Assembly: GCA_002633005.1 (NCBI GenBank)
Contig: NMRA01000118.1
Span: 620,707-684,706, forward strand
Direction: 5' to 3'
Source: Phoronis australis
Taxonomy: Eukaryota > Animalia > Phoronida
Length of the DNA: 64,000 bases
A model generated the notes under the pieces. The model did no database searches. It was given only the letters and a program-made list of their open reading frames with translations, and was not told the DNA's origin. The position numbers and the translations under genes are program-made. This document shows, one piece after another, positions 24,801-37,500 of this stretch (positions are counted from its first letter, which is position 1; every line of letters starts with the position of its first letter).

Positions 24801-26405
24801 GGTTGAAGAGTTTTACGACATCCTCTAAAGTGTGATTTTGACAGCGCATCCATTTGGCGTCCTACTGAATCAAGGGGATTTCTTAAAACTGTCCACATGA
24901 AGATTAAAATCCTATTCTAAAGCGTAACGCGAGTAACGCGTTCAAGTCTAGAAAGTGACCCTTTCAGTACCGCATGAAATTTCGCCGAAACATGTGTACC
25001 CTGGTTTCTGGTGGCTGCCTCCTCGAAGCCTGGCCACCAATCAGCAAAATCTGCAACCCTGTCGCGGTTGCGAAATGTGGTGACGACCAGTAGCGAAGTG
25101 GCAATAGGGATGGACATGAACTTTGGGACCATGTAGGGGGCAAAACTTTGGCGAAGTCAAATTAGTTGCGGAAACTGAAATACAGCTATCAGTCTTCGGC
25201 GATAGATCCCAAGTAACTGTAACTCATTGCTTTAATTATTGAACTTTGCCCGCAAAGCCGACCACCTTCTAATATGCGATTCAACCATCATGCGCTAGAC
25301 TGACGTCATTGGCATATCGTTAACAAAGTTTCAGAATTTTCTGAGAGCTCTGATCAAATTTCCGAGGTGTTAAAGAATACAAGGACACGCTTCGACTGTA
25401 ATATACAAAATTCGGTTTAATATGAAACCGTCTTATTCACAAACCTTGGATCCGGAAACTTGAAACAAAATGACCAAAGAGTTTTTCCAAATCTGTGTTG
25501 TACTGCGAAGTTGCGACCAAATCCCAAAGAGTATATTTGACAAATGGCATGTTTATACACTCACATGTAACTAATCATATTATGCGGTGAAAACAGCATT
25601 GTTGACTTATTTTTCGCCCCCAGATACCTTTTCAAGTTTGTAAGGATTGCTCCCTCTAGTGGTAATGTTGAAAATAGTGACGGTGTCTTGTTTTTGTGCT
25701 GTATGCTATTCGCACGGAAAGTGCTTATCAACGCTTGTAGACCCGCTAGGTATACAAAATGTCTTTTGCCGGTAACTGCTTACGAATCAGAAATACGGTG
25801 ACGTATTGACGCTTGTGACTGGCTGCCAGCTTTCGCATTTGCAACTGAGATGTTTGATTGGGGCTGCTGGACGTGAGAAACGTGAATAAGTCATTTAAAA
25901 TTCCAATGGAGCGTTTTTATGTTATACATCGAAACGATGCATGATCTTTCGTAAGGGTATAAAAACCCTTGAGAAGCGTGTGAATACATTCTCTAACAAA
26001 AATCGGTGAAAAGTTCAATCGGTGTCCCACAAAAGTATGAAGCAGTGCCAATGAAATGTCATACAACCCAAACAATTCAAAACCGGACAAAATTGCAAAA
26101 AACAAGGATTTAACAACTATAAGGTTGGAGCGTCAATCGTATCTGAAATTAGAGTAAGGTTTTGTTCAATTTCTCAAATATGCAACCTGAGTATTCTTTC
26201 AGAAACTTTCTTGGTCACACCAACTGGTCGACTATTTGCGGAAATCTCCGATTGGGTAAATTGTCACTTACTTTTTCAGTTTGGACATCCTTTTCACAAC
26301 GTAAATAATAACAGGTACGCAAACCACAGAGGCCACAATCAGGATGAAGAAGCCTTTCAGCAACTCTTGCGACCAGTGTTTTGTCTTCGGATCGTTAGCA
26401 GACAT
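21868..26405 (-). CDS. Uncharacterised single-pass membrane protein (~195 aa) with an acidic/Ser-rich low-complexity tail
   Basis: Exon 26405-26272 (MSANDPKTKHWSQELLKGFFILIVASVVCVPVIIYVVKRMSKLK, AA|gtaagt), exon 23651-23532 (120 nt, tatag|...GA|gtacc) and exon 22201-21868 (ttccag|C GAC TGG... to stop). Both junctions are phase 2 and the 588 nt are open. A hydrophobic segment is followed by KRMSKLK (positive-inside). The frame is also open upstream of the ATG to an acceptor at ~26423, so the N-terminus may be longer. Confidence 0.62.
22320..23139. repeat. Near-identical 230-bp duplication (22320-22549 / 22910-23139) around a single N: probable haplotype overlap
   Basis: The copies differ at only a few bases and the second starts immediately after the N at 22909. 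Confidence 0.85.
22550..22908. mobile_element. Left end of a TTAA-targeting DNA transposon, truncated by the contig break
   Basis: Sequence starting AGGCACTATT follows TTAA (22546-22549) in one copy of the duplicated flank. The second copy (TTAA at 23136-23139) continues with different sequence. Confidence 0.55.
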
Positions 26406-27292
26406 TAAATACTCAGAAATTTCTAAAAGTAAATCATTGTAATGGAATGGTCTTTTTGTGTAGTTGTTACGAATTTTTTTCGTAATTCATACGAAATATT
26501 AACGCAAATCAACTTCAACGAAAGCTGAGTTTAAAAAATCTCAAACTGGAAAAATGTTACAAAAATGTTAAGAATAAATCAGATAAGTATACAGTACATG
26601 TGCAATTTCTAGACACTAACTTCAATAGCAACGTCATCGCTGAGTTAATTTCTCCAAAGAAACACAAGTATGTTCGGAATAAATCAGATAAGTGCACATG
26701 TATACTAGAGTATTCTAACTCCAACCGGTAGCTCATCGCTGGGAATAAAATAGCAACAGCACAAGACCAGAGCCTTTAGCATCATAGGAATCTTCAAGAC
26801 CACAATTTCAAGTTACCGTCGCTCGTATTTCGTGTAGAATTCACGCTCGTATGTCGTGTAGAATTCATCGGACTCAGGAACTTTCCAAAACAAGACTTTA
26901 ACAATTAGAAACGTCACAATAATGGATAGGTGAAAAAAGCTCACATTGTTCCAAAAACAACATTTTTTAGAAAGCAGCACTCCACGCCGTATCAAAGGTC
27001 AAAATCGTTGGAGTATTTATATGCAGAAATTATTAATACGTCCCAGTTGCTTCTATTCTCATGTAGAACCGTGGGCCCTACGTATGCCTAGAAATATAAC
27101 CAAGGGCGATGGAGTTTACTTGAATATTCCGCACACTTCGGAGGATGACATGGTTTCTCCCCAATACTCTTGCCTCAGCAAGAGCAAAACAAAGGATAGG
27201 AATGTGCCTGCACATCAAACAGTATAGGGAAGGTTCCGATTAGAATCATGCATTATAATGTGACTAATTTTACCGAACAAGTTTTGAACTAA

Positions 27293-27378
27293 GATGGGTG
27301 GATGGATGAATGGATAAATGGGTGGATGGATGAATGGATGGGTGGGTGGGTGGGTGGGTGGGTGAGTGGGTGGATGGA
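27293..27378. repeat. (GGAT/GGGT)n microsatellite
   Basis: Direct reading of the sequence. Confidence 0.9.
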
Positions 27379-27849
27379 TACTTTATCAAGCCCACATTAA
27401 TAATGAACAATTGTTTACCAAAAATACTTTCAATTGGCAAGAAGACAGACGGACTTAGAAGTAGGTTAGCTGAAGGCCACTCATTTACGATGCCAGTACA
27501 AAATTCAAGTTAATGCAACTACACATTCATTACTTGCATACTGTAAGGCATAAAGGAGAAACTACGCTTATGCAGTGGAAACTCCATTAAAGTACCTGCA
27601 ATTCATACAATTACGATTCATTTAACGAAGGCAGAGAAAGTGCGAAATGTAAGCGTTCTTACGAAATCTGGTCGATTTCCTCGACATGTTGAGTCGACTG
27701 TGCGGTATACGAGACGATCGCCACCTGGTGGCTGGCCTTGGCGAATCAGTTCACAGGGACAGGTTGCCTCGACGTGCGGCCGTATTCATTTCATTTATTG
27801 TGGATGGTCGCATGAAATGTGTATTGCTCTAAACGACGACCAATGAGTA

Positions 27850-28500
27850 CCAAAGCAAGGCAACTTTGGTGCATAAATATACAATTACAGTCTTCACAAC
27901 GCATCGCTCAAAGACATAAATCAAGTCCCATACCTTGGGGTCGCTCTTACAAACAATTTATCATGAAACCCTAACATAGACACAATCAGCTCTAAGGCAA
28001 ATAGAACTCAACTCAAGCATGCTCCCGTGAAACAAAAGCCCTGGCCAACACCTCACTAGTTGGGCCCAAACTTGAATACTCATCCTCTGTCAGACAAGAT
28101 AGAAAGAATTCAACGTACTAGAGCAGCCAGGTTCGTCCTAAATGACCACTCCAGATACTCCTCTGTTTCGTCTGTGCTTACCACTCTGAACTGACCTACA
28201 ATTCAAAAAAGACGTGCCCAAAACAAACTATACCTTATGTACAAGAACGTACACAACCTGGTTGCCATCCCACACACACATCTACCACCCCTACATATTT
28301 CTAGGTCACCTAATTCCCACTCTCACACCTTCGAGAGAACATACGTTCACACTGCATCCTACTCCAACTCTTTCTTCCCATCTGCTATTTTGCGCTGGAA
28401 TAGACTCCCACAAGATGCATTCTCATCAGAAACAATAGAGACGTTCACAGGTCACATCTCGAACTTCAACCTTACTCAGTAAGCAATAAAACTTATTTCA
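27850..28500 (+). mobile_element. 5'-truncated, degraded CR1/L2-group LINE (RT C-terminal part)
   Basis: Broken frames read YLGVALTNNLS*NPNIDTISSKANR, SLVGPKLEYSS, KIERIQR..AARFVLND..RYSSVS and LMYKNVHNLVAIP...YSNSFFPSAILRWNRLP, all CR1/L2-type RT C-terminal motifs. AATAAA at about 28485. Confidence 0.85.
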
Positions 28501-31500
28501 TCATGGCACAACCAGCACTTTCTATTGTTACTTTCACACTGTTTGAGCAGAGTTCAGTTATTACTAATCATGCGCCAAGTAATCAGGTAGTTCGATCGTT
28601 TGTTGAAGTTGGGAACATAAATTATGGTTACTTTGTTTCTTTAAGCATGGAAGCTGAATACTCAGCAGTTGATATTTTCTACTTTTCATGCAGTAATGAA
28701 AGCGAATAGAACACGAGACGTGTTGATTTAAAGTTATGCGGGAATATACTGTCGCATGGTTTTGAGCCTGGGTAGCAACGTCACGAGTTAACATGTCACG
28801 GTAGATGATTGGCGGCGGATTTCGCATTAGTCCTGCTGCGAGCTCGGCCTCACGGAGACTTACTCGCCCACCGCCCTGCAGGACCATCATTAGCCCGCCA
28901 CTCTTAACTTTTCGTTTTTATTTATTAAAGTTGTTTATATCTTCTTCAAGTGAACGATAACGGTGAACCGAATCAGAGATTCTGCATGCGTGCTAAACCG
29001 GCGAGATCACAACTGAGCCGCACAGTGAACGTTGGATACGCAGCTGTTTATCTCAAAGGATTAACGGATTATCGGATTAGCGTGTGGTTCTGAATACACT
29101 GCTTACCTGTCAATCCTGTAGCTGAGTACCACAACAGAATATATATATATATATAGATATACACATACAAACGTACGTATGAGCTTTTTTCTTTCAGAAA
29201 ATAAATAATTTAACTAGCCTGTTCTACGAGTTACAACACAGACCACTAAAATATACCGTAAGGTTTCAGATAGCCTTAACTAGAGTAGTTTTCTTCTGAA
29301 GGAAGCTGACCATTCTTCATACAATTAGAGTCATTTTTGACTAAAAAATAACACATCTGAACAGACGACTTTACTTTTGAAAATGTATGCTGCTGTCACC
29401 CACAATAAATTGTTCTCCACCTTCTAAATTTCTGACATAGCCTGATTAGCAGCAAAGACACGTCATACAGCGCTACCTATTGTTCAATTATGGTATACTA
29501 TGAGATCACACAATCTGTCATTTTACATAAAATGTGAAATTTGAAATGTGGTGATTTTTCAAGTATCAAATCATGATGATACACAGGGAAATGAAATTGC
29601 CCGCCTGGCCATGGTTACAGGGCGAACAGATTGAAGACACACCTACTGTACATGTAAGTGGCTTATGTCCACACTCTACCGAAAAGCTCATCCGGAAAGT
29701 TGATTACGCTAGTGATTCCCAAGTATCAGATTGCTGATTTTTGAGGTACTGTTTTGCGTGGTTCTGCGTGGTTTCGCCATTCTCGCAAGGAACTGTCTAT
29801 GGAACACTACACTAGTCTGCAAATCCTACCTATAGATGGGAGTAGTGTATAGCTAAAAAATCACTGCTAATTTTCAGGCGAATTGATTTTTTTATTGAAA
29901 ATTAGAACTGTTTCACGTCCGAACAAGAATGCTATTGTGGCCATTACCCTTAAGAGACAAAAAGTTTTGCCTTTATACGATCGTGACCTCATGCTCTCCG
30001 CTATTATGAGGCATTCAGCTGTCCTCCGAGGGAGTCGCACTACCAGGAAATTGTTAAGATAAACAGCAGGCGATGTGGCTTGATAGTAAATGCACAGCGT
30101 TTTTATTGCTTCGCGAGATTTCGTAATAGCACGTTGGCAGAGTTCATATTCTAAGTGAATTTATGAAGATATATAAACTAGAAACCAACCAACAGTCGTC
30201 TGATAATGGATGTCTAAGGTTCAAAGAACAGAACATTTTCAAAGTCACCACCGACATCCTAATCGTCTATGATCGAGACTTCCATTTTCCACATCGTCTG
30301 TGTCATCGCAGGGGACATTCCTGTGTGAGACCTGTCACGATTAGTTGGATTAAACATACTTTGAGTTGGTAAAAATTTTCAAAGGTAAGTCATTTATATG
30401 AACATTGAATCGGGAGGGTATTGATAACGTACTTAGAAGCAGATGTACTTTTAAAGCAGTGGATGCGATTTACGTTTTCACTAGCTCTGAGGTATAGGTC
30501 AATGCCACCTTGTGCCCCTGAGATTCACAGTGTTCATAAACTTCATAAGAAATTTGTCACACAAAATTGGGTACTGAGGTACACGCACAATATACGATTG
30601 ACTAAGTCTAACTGAGCTCCTAATTAACTTTGTCTTGTATAGCTTTTCACCATATTAACACAGTTGATTGTCGCGAGTCAGCTCGTTAGATCAGCAGGTG
30701 CTTCACTTTCATGGTAATAGCCGTAGAATGTACAGCAGCTACCTGTCCGGGGTGTCAGTACAGTGTAATCACACCTCTGGCAAGTTCTTCTCTAATTGTG
30801 TTAGATAAAAATTACACTGCACAGTCTCAGGGGTGCCATTACAACTTACATATTCGTGTACAAGTTTCTTTTCATGGATTACAAAATTACGTTCAGGTCA
30901 ACTGTCCCTTGGCAGTAATGTGTAGAGGTTTGGTGATGCCTTAGGCGACTTTTATATTGTATGCCTATCTTTCTCTCTCTACTCAAACGCATGGCCTTAA
31001 TAATAAGAAAAGTAAACAACAGATGAAAGACAAAATAGAAACTTTATTTAGTCTAACTAAAAATCAGTCACGATTTCGAAAAGTTTACCCTAGTTATTGG
31101 ATGGCCTCCCAATGCGGATGCCTTCTCCCCCCCCCTTTTGCACGCTACTGCCCCTTCGTCAGACAAAACGCGCAGATAAGTTTCGATTTACACGATTTCC
31201 TGTCAAATTAAATTCCCTTTGCATTCCAAGTAAATACCTTATTTACTTAGTCATAATTAATACTGTATATTTTTGGTGGTAACCTTTTAGTTTGCTATCA
31301 GCATTGTTATAGGAATGTCTTTTAATTTTTTTGAAGAATGTGTTTCCACTTCTTGTATCCCTATCCATTGGCCATACTTCAACGTGTCATAGCAACTGTG
31401 GCCTCAGTCAGTTGTCAGGGTTTTTTGAGCTTATTAATGGCGTTCATGCATGTTTTAATAAGCCACACGGCACTTTAGGCAAGCTCTCTTTGAACTGTTT

Positions 31501-34500
31501 ATTTTTAAAAGCAACACTCTCAACGTTATTAAGTAAGCATAATTCTCAATAGCTTAAACTAGCGACACTGAATCAAATATTGGTCTTGATGTGGTAAAGA
31601 AAGGATCCCACTGAAGCAATTCTGCTCTGTGCAAATATTTGCATTCGTTTTCTTGGTTCGCATCTCAATATACAACAACATGATCCATTTTGCATTTTGT
31701 GAGCAGGATATTGCGACCGCTTTAAATAAATACGTTCTGTCACGCGCGCTTTATTTGCCCGTGTGGATGGTCAACTAAGCGCACGTAGAATGCAGAGTTT
31801 TACAAAAGTTTTCAGTTAGGTCTCTTTGTTACTCATAAAATTTAAGAAAATGATGAATACCGGTACGCTTTCAAACTTCTTGCAGGCATATCTACACAAA
31901 ATGTGCACCGATACACACTGTCATATGCTTTTTGTGAGGCTCGTTTCGATTACACACTTAACATATAAATATCAATTAAAGTGTAGTCTACTGTGACGCC
32001 AGGTAGACTGAATCCTACCATTCAAAGCAAAATACTAGATAAACAAATATTTGAATAGTGAAGAGTGAAATCGCGAGATTGAGTTGTTGCTTTATGTTTA
32101 TTGATAACATGTACCCTCATTGTTCGGAAAACTCCAAGAAAATTTGACTGAGGTGTCTAATTTGTGTGGGCTTAGGCGTCATCCTCCGATCGGTAATGCG
32201 CCGATTTCGAATTTCACTCCTCCTGGGTATGCTCTTTATAAATACCTAGTTTGAAATCAATAAATTCATTCGCGTACAATAACCCTGAAAATTTCACAAA
32301 ACTATTTAGTTTAATGTAGTGGCCACGTATGGTTGTACATTGAGATTTGTGTTTTGTATTCATAGTCTACAATAGCTGCTTCTTTTCATGGATTCTAAAT
32401 ATGTGAATTAATTACCAGGAGCAATAACAGTATGACAAAGGGTACGACCTTTCGCACTTAACCTTCCTTACAACACATTCAATTGGGTTAGACACTACCC
32501 TTTGAAGTACTCAACTAATGTGTAGTTTCATAGGAGCTACATATAAGTACTTAGAATAAATTCAGACCTGTCAACAATCACACTTTACAGTATAGCCGTG
32601 TGTAGTTAGCACTTTTTAGTGAGTTAAGTATATGCACGTGTACTTGAGTGAAAATGCGCTCATAATTGTTGCAAAGATTAGAGGTCTGCGAGTTTGGTAT
32701 TGTTAGCTAGTTACGGCTCGTGGTATAAAAAGTATGTTTACTATTTGTTTTATATGGAGTGAGGTTACAGTACGTACCCAACGTGTAATCTTAGCTAGAA
32801 GAAGGAAATAAAGACATGGATTTTGTTTTGCACTATTCAAGGTTTTATGATAGCAGATTGATAGATGACTTACTAAACAGAAGTAGGAGTGCAGAGGAGA
32901 TAAGGAATGAGAAACGGTGAAGCGTGTCTGGTATTTGACCCACGGGATTGACTTCCATAAAGCGGGTGTACAACATACCACGAGCAATCCCATGCTGCTC
33001 TCCACTAGTCAAAACAAGATTTCCGACATTCCTCATTTGCCGAAGATTGAATTTTTTTACCACCACTGATTTGAACAATCGACCTGGCTATGCATGTGCA
33101 GTTGATACTAGCAAAGATTATTCAGGGCAAAACCAATTCACCTCATTCAATATTTTCACTGAACTGAATTTTATTCAACCTTTTACAAGCAGTTAACCAA
33201 AAAGGCGATCAGTAAAAAGCTCGGTCAAATTTCGTCAAATTACGTCATGCAGTTTTGTTGCTAATATCGTCCTACGTAGTCGGCTATATTAGCGGCTCAA
33301 GTATGTCCTCAGGCTAAGCGATGATTATATGTTGTTCATGATGTCGCAAAAAATCCCTAGTTTGAATGATACACGTCCCCATGAAAACTACAATCAAAAT
33401 GCACGAACAATAAGCACTGATTCACAATGGATGTTTATCTACTGGTTTACAATTTACATTGACTGCCTTTGTATAGATTTGAACACTACGATCCCATCTT
33501 TGCATGACCTTGAGTACAGTGCGTTCGACTTCCCTGACTGCATCATGACGTCTCAAATGCCACTCGACGGCGTGGAAATGCATCGGCAATTGCACATGTA
33601 GTTAGAAAATGTATTTGGTCTGGTCTACGTTAGTATAGTTTTGAATCGTGCCCATCGGTAACTAAAAATAAAAATCAAACTCATTTCAAGGAGTAAAATA
33701 CCACTTGTTTGTTCAGCCTTATCGTTAGACGCTGGACGGACGGCAACATTCTATGTGGAAATACATGTACATGTATAAGTGAACTAGTCTACTTGCATTT
33801 TTTGTCTTCAAATATTACAAAAATGATTTTCAATAGAAAAACATTATCGTCAGTGTCTCAGAATACACAGACTACTGGATTACGTGTATCAGTCTGCTTG
33901 ATGGGGAAGGGTTAGTGTTCAAACTAAGGTCACTGCTTTAAAGTGCCTGTGTAGCGTGATACTCAACCTAAAACGTTAAGAACTCGTATCCATGTACCGG
34001 GCTGACGTGACGTTTACATTTCCTCCTTTTACATGAAAACTTTCAGTCCACAACTCGCCTTCCGCTTCTGGTTGACGACCGAGTGTTATCATAGATCAGG
34101 TACTAGACAGTATTAGCTTTTCTTGCTTAAGACCTTATATGTAGTTCAAGTTACCCCAGGATTAACTGAATTTTATTGCATTTGAAGAAGATGTCATCAA
34201 TCATGGCTAACTTCAACCATATCAGGTGCCTCCCCAAGCAAATCACAAGCAATTTCACCACTTAATTCATACAAAAACAAGTTCAACATTCAAGATACAA
34301 CGCATTATGCACACCTGTATATTTCAAAGTTGCCTGATATCATCAAAAATTACAGAGCAACGTTTTGTCAGGACTATGAAGTTGGAAACATTTTCGTTCT
34401 CCTCTTCTAGGCAAGGGGTTGCATTAGTACACGATTTGTAATACCGAGTTTTCACTAGGCAATTAAAGTGCCATGCCTCGTTTCAGTTTCAATGGAAGGT

Positions 34501-34530
34501 GTATGGTACAACGTTTCCTGATCGGGTATA

Positions 34531-37500
34531 ATGTTCTGCTTGAGAGTTTTAGTCGGCTTCTGCCTGGCTCTTGGCTGCAGCTCGCAGATGACCTACTGGA
34601 ACGAGCGATATTCATCAGATTTCAATTATGACCTAACAGGTAAGCCGGTTAATTTTATATCGTATATATTTTGGTAAAATATGAAATAAGAGAGGTATAA
34701 ATAACAATAAATCACCAAGTTTAATACGTATTCAGCATTCAAAATTCTAATGTTGAAATGTATCTAATTTGCTGTTACATGTACAGTGTGTGGCTGCATT
34801 TCTGAAAGTAATAATGTATGCATGTGCACATGTATTTCTGTATGTAGTTATTTATGCTTGTATTTCAATATGTTATATACGTTTGCAAAGCATGTTTGCC
34901 TGGGCGTTTGTATGTCAGTCTGCCGGTGGTGGTGGTGGCGGTGATGGTGATATTCTTTTTAACAGTCATTAACCAATACTGATTCGCTCCTCATAGATAC
35001 AAGGAATGGCATTTGGTCCGACGAGACGTCACTGAGGGACAAGTACCTATACCCATCCAGCGACTACTCTCGGACATGTTCAGGTTGCACCTGTGACGAA
35101 CAGAATCACGTGATTAAAAACTGTAATTCAGCGACAATGTAAGCTTTCCTGTTCAAGAGTACACAGTCTATATTATTATTCGTTATTGATTTTAACCGAT
35201 CCTGCGATTTCACCGATCCTAGATTGCCGTTATAACAAGAAGTTTTAGCGAATTCTAAACCTTGATTTATTAGCATTTTCAGTTTCCTGAGTTTATAAAT
35301 TAAAAGTGAAAGCTACTATGCACTCGTCGTCCACCACAAAAGTCAGGTTTTTATGTAGTTTATCTTCTATGATGAAATTGGCCTCAAACGCTTCCCAGGT
35401 CAGATTAGAAGTAGAACGAACTAATAGTTTGTCGTTACAAGTACTTGAGACAATGTACTACACTGTACGTACAAACTGGTAAGGGATAACGAACAGTCAG
35501 TGATTGCGAGCCCAGAAATCACTTCTTACTTGAAGAAGGAACAGGTTGAGAGTAATTCGATTGGTATAAGAGGTCCCTGGAATTTCACTGAAATTATTTG
35601 ATGGGACGCGTATTTATGGAAATTTCTTGGAAACTTTCCTGTTCAAAGTGTGTACATTTGTCTTCATATTTTACTGCTCATGGATTCCAATTTATCGACT
35701 TTATTCACGAGGAACCTCATGCTGAGGAATCCCTTGAGTCTTAATCAAGTCAGTGATTAGTGAGTGCAATAGGTCCAACAGTGTGGCACACGCTTGGTGC
35801 ATAGCAGAATGAAGGCACCAGGTTATCTGCCTATTTTTAAGTCTTTTTAAATGCGAAACTAAAATATAACAGGCCAATAAATTCAGCAAATTTCCAAAAC
35901 CAGAAAGTTATCTCAGACAGCGGGCGTGCGTTCAGTAGACGCTAGGACCTATCCTAGGACTTAGCCAAAAGCTAGTCAAGGTCACGTGCTCTTATTTAAA
36001 ATACACGGCAATATCTCGCGTAATCTCGCAAAGTCTTGCTTTTAAGCTAGGTCCTAGCGTTACTGAACGGTATTCGGATTTGGGCATTTTGGTTTGAACA
36101 AGAAACCCACCGTGTCTTCTTGACGNCGATTGGTATAAGAGGTCCCTGGAATTTCACTGAAATTATTTGATGGGACGCGTATTTATGGAAATTTCTTGGA
36201 AACTTTCCTGTTCAAAGTGTGTACATTTGTCTTCATATTTTACTGCTCATGGATTCCAATTCATCGACTTTATTCACGAGGAACCTCATGCTGAGGAATC
36301 CCTTGAGTCTTAATCAAGTCAGTGATTAGTGAGTGCAATAGGTCCAACAGTGTGGCACACGCTTGGTGCATAGCAGAAGGCACCAGGTTATCTGCCTATT
36401 TTTAAGTCTTTTTAAATGCGAAACTAAAATATAACAGGCCAATAAATTCAGCAAATTTCCAAAACCAGAAAGTTAACTCAGACAGCGGGCGTGCGTTCAG
36501 TAGACGCTAGGACCTATCCTAGGACTTAGCCAAAAGCTAGTCAAGGTCACGTGCTCTTATTTAAAATACACGGCAATATCTCGCGTAATCTCGCAAAGTC
36601 TTGCTTTTTAGCTAGGTCCTAGCGTTACTGAACGGTATTCGGATTTGGGCATTTTGGTTTGAACAAGAAACCCACCGTGTCTTCTTGACGATTGTATCGC
36701 CAGTCATTTTGTTGGTGTATTATTAGAAGTTCGGAAATTCAGATTTCATTGTTATGTAAAAACAAAAAGCCTCTCTATTGGATACTTTTGAGTTTCCAAA
36801 ACCACCCTAAAAGATTAATATTGATTTACGAGTTTTAGAGCTACATGTATGTGTGTCCAGCTGAGTCTTGAGACATAAATTAAACAGTGACTAGTTAGAT
36901 TTAACCGGAATTCTTCGTTATGTTTTGCAGCAAAATTGCCAGATACAGCTTCTACAACATAACGAACACAACCTTCAGTTCCTCGGTGACCAAAATGTGA
37001 GTTAAACGGTTACAATGTGAGAGTATTTCAACGCAAATGTATTGGGTATTAATCACTGGCACATACACAGCATGCTCAGAGAGATTGTTTAGGCTAAATG
37101 CATTTCAATACCACGAAGCGGCATCAAAGAGACGAATCGAAGGAGGCATTGTACTGTATGTACATAAATTAGAGGACTGCTTGCTGTAGTTCATATTTGT
37201 CCAACGTTCAAGTTTCGCAGTGCTTGAGCTTGGTTCTTATCAGGCATATCTGATCCAACCACTTGTTTCTTGGAGATTCGCACTTGAGCCTATATTATAA
37301 AGATTAAATGTGATAATACCAGGTACTTAGCCGTATTTACTTGCGATACGGCAAGGGATCTCCAGAGGGGTTATAGCTCAGTCTATCTCTGGAATTCTTT
37401 TACGTTTGACACAGTGACGCGTGTTATCAACAACTACTAAGTCTGCAACACGTACATGCTACGGTGACGGCAATGTACTAATTATGTCAAAGCTTTGCTT

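Noticed and set aside
24720-25132. Protein-like minus-strand frames in the membrane-gene intron (possible extra or alternative exons)
   Set aside because: I could not find phase-compatible splice sites or any recognisable motif.
32703-33196. Cluster of short ORFs upstream of the LRR gene
   Set aside because: No motifs and no consistent splice signals.
35558-36690. Biological tandem duplication
   Set aside because: Near-identical copies abut a single N, typical of an unmerged contig overlap.
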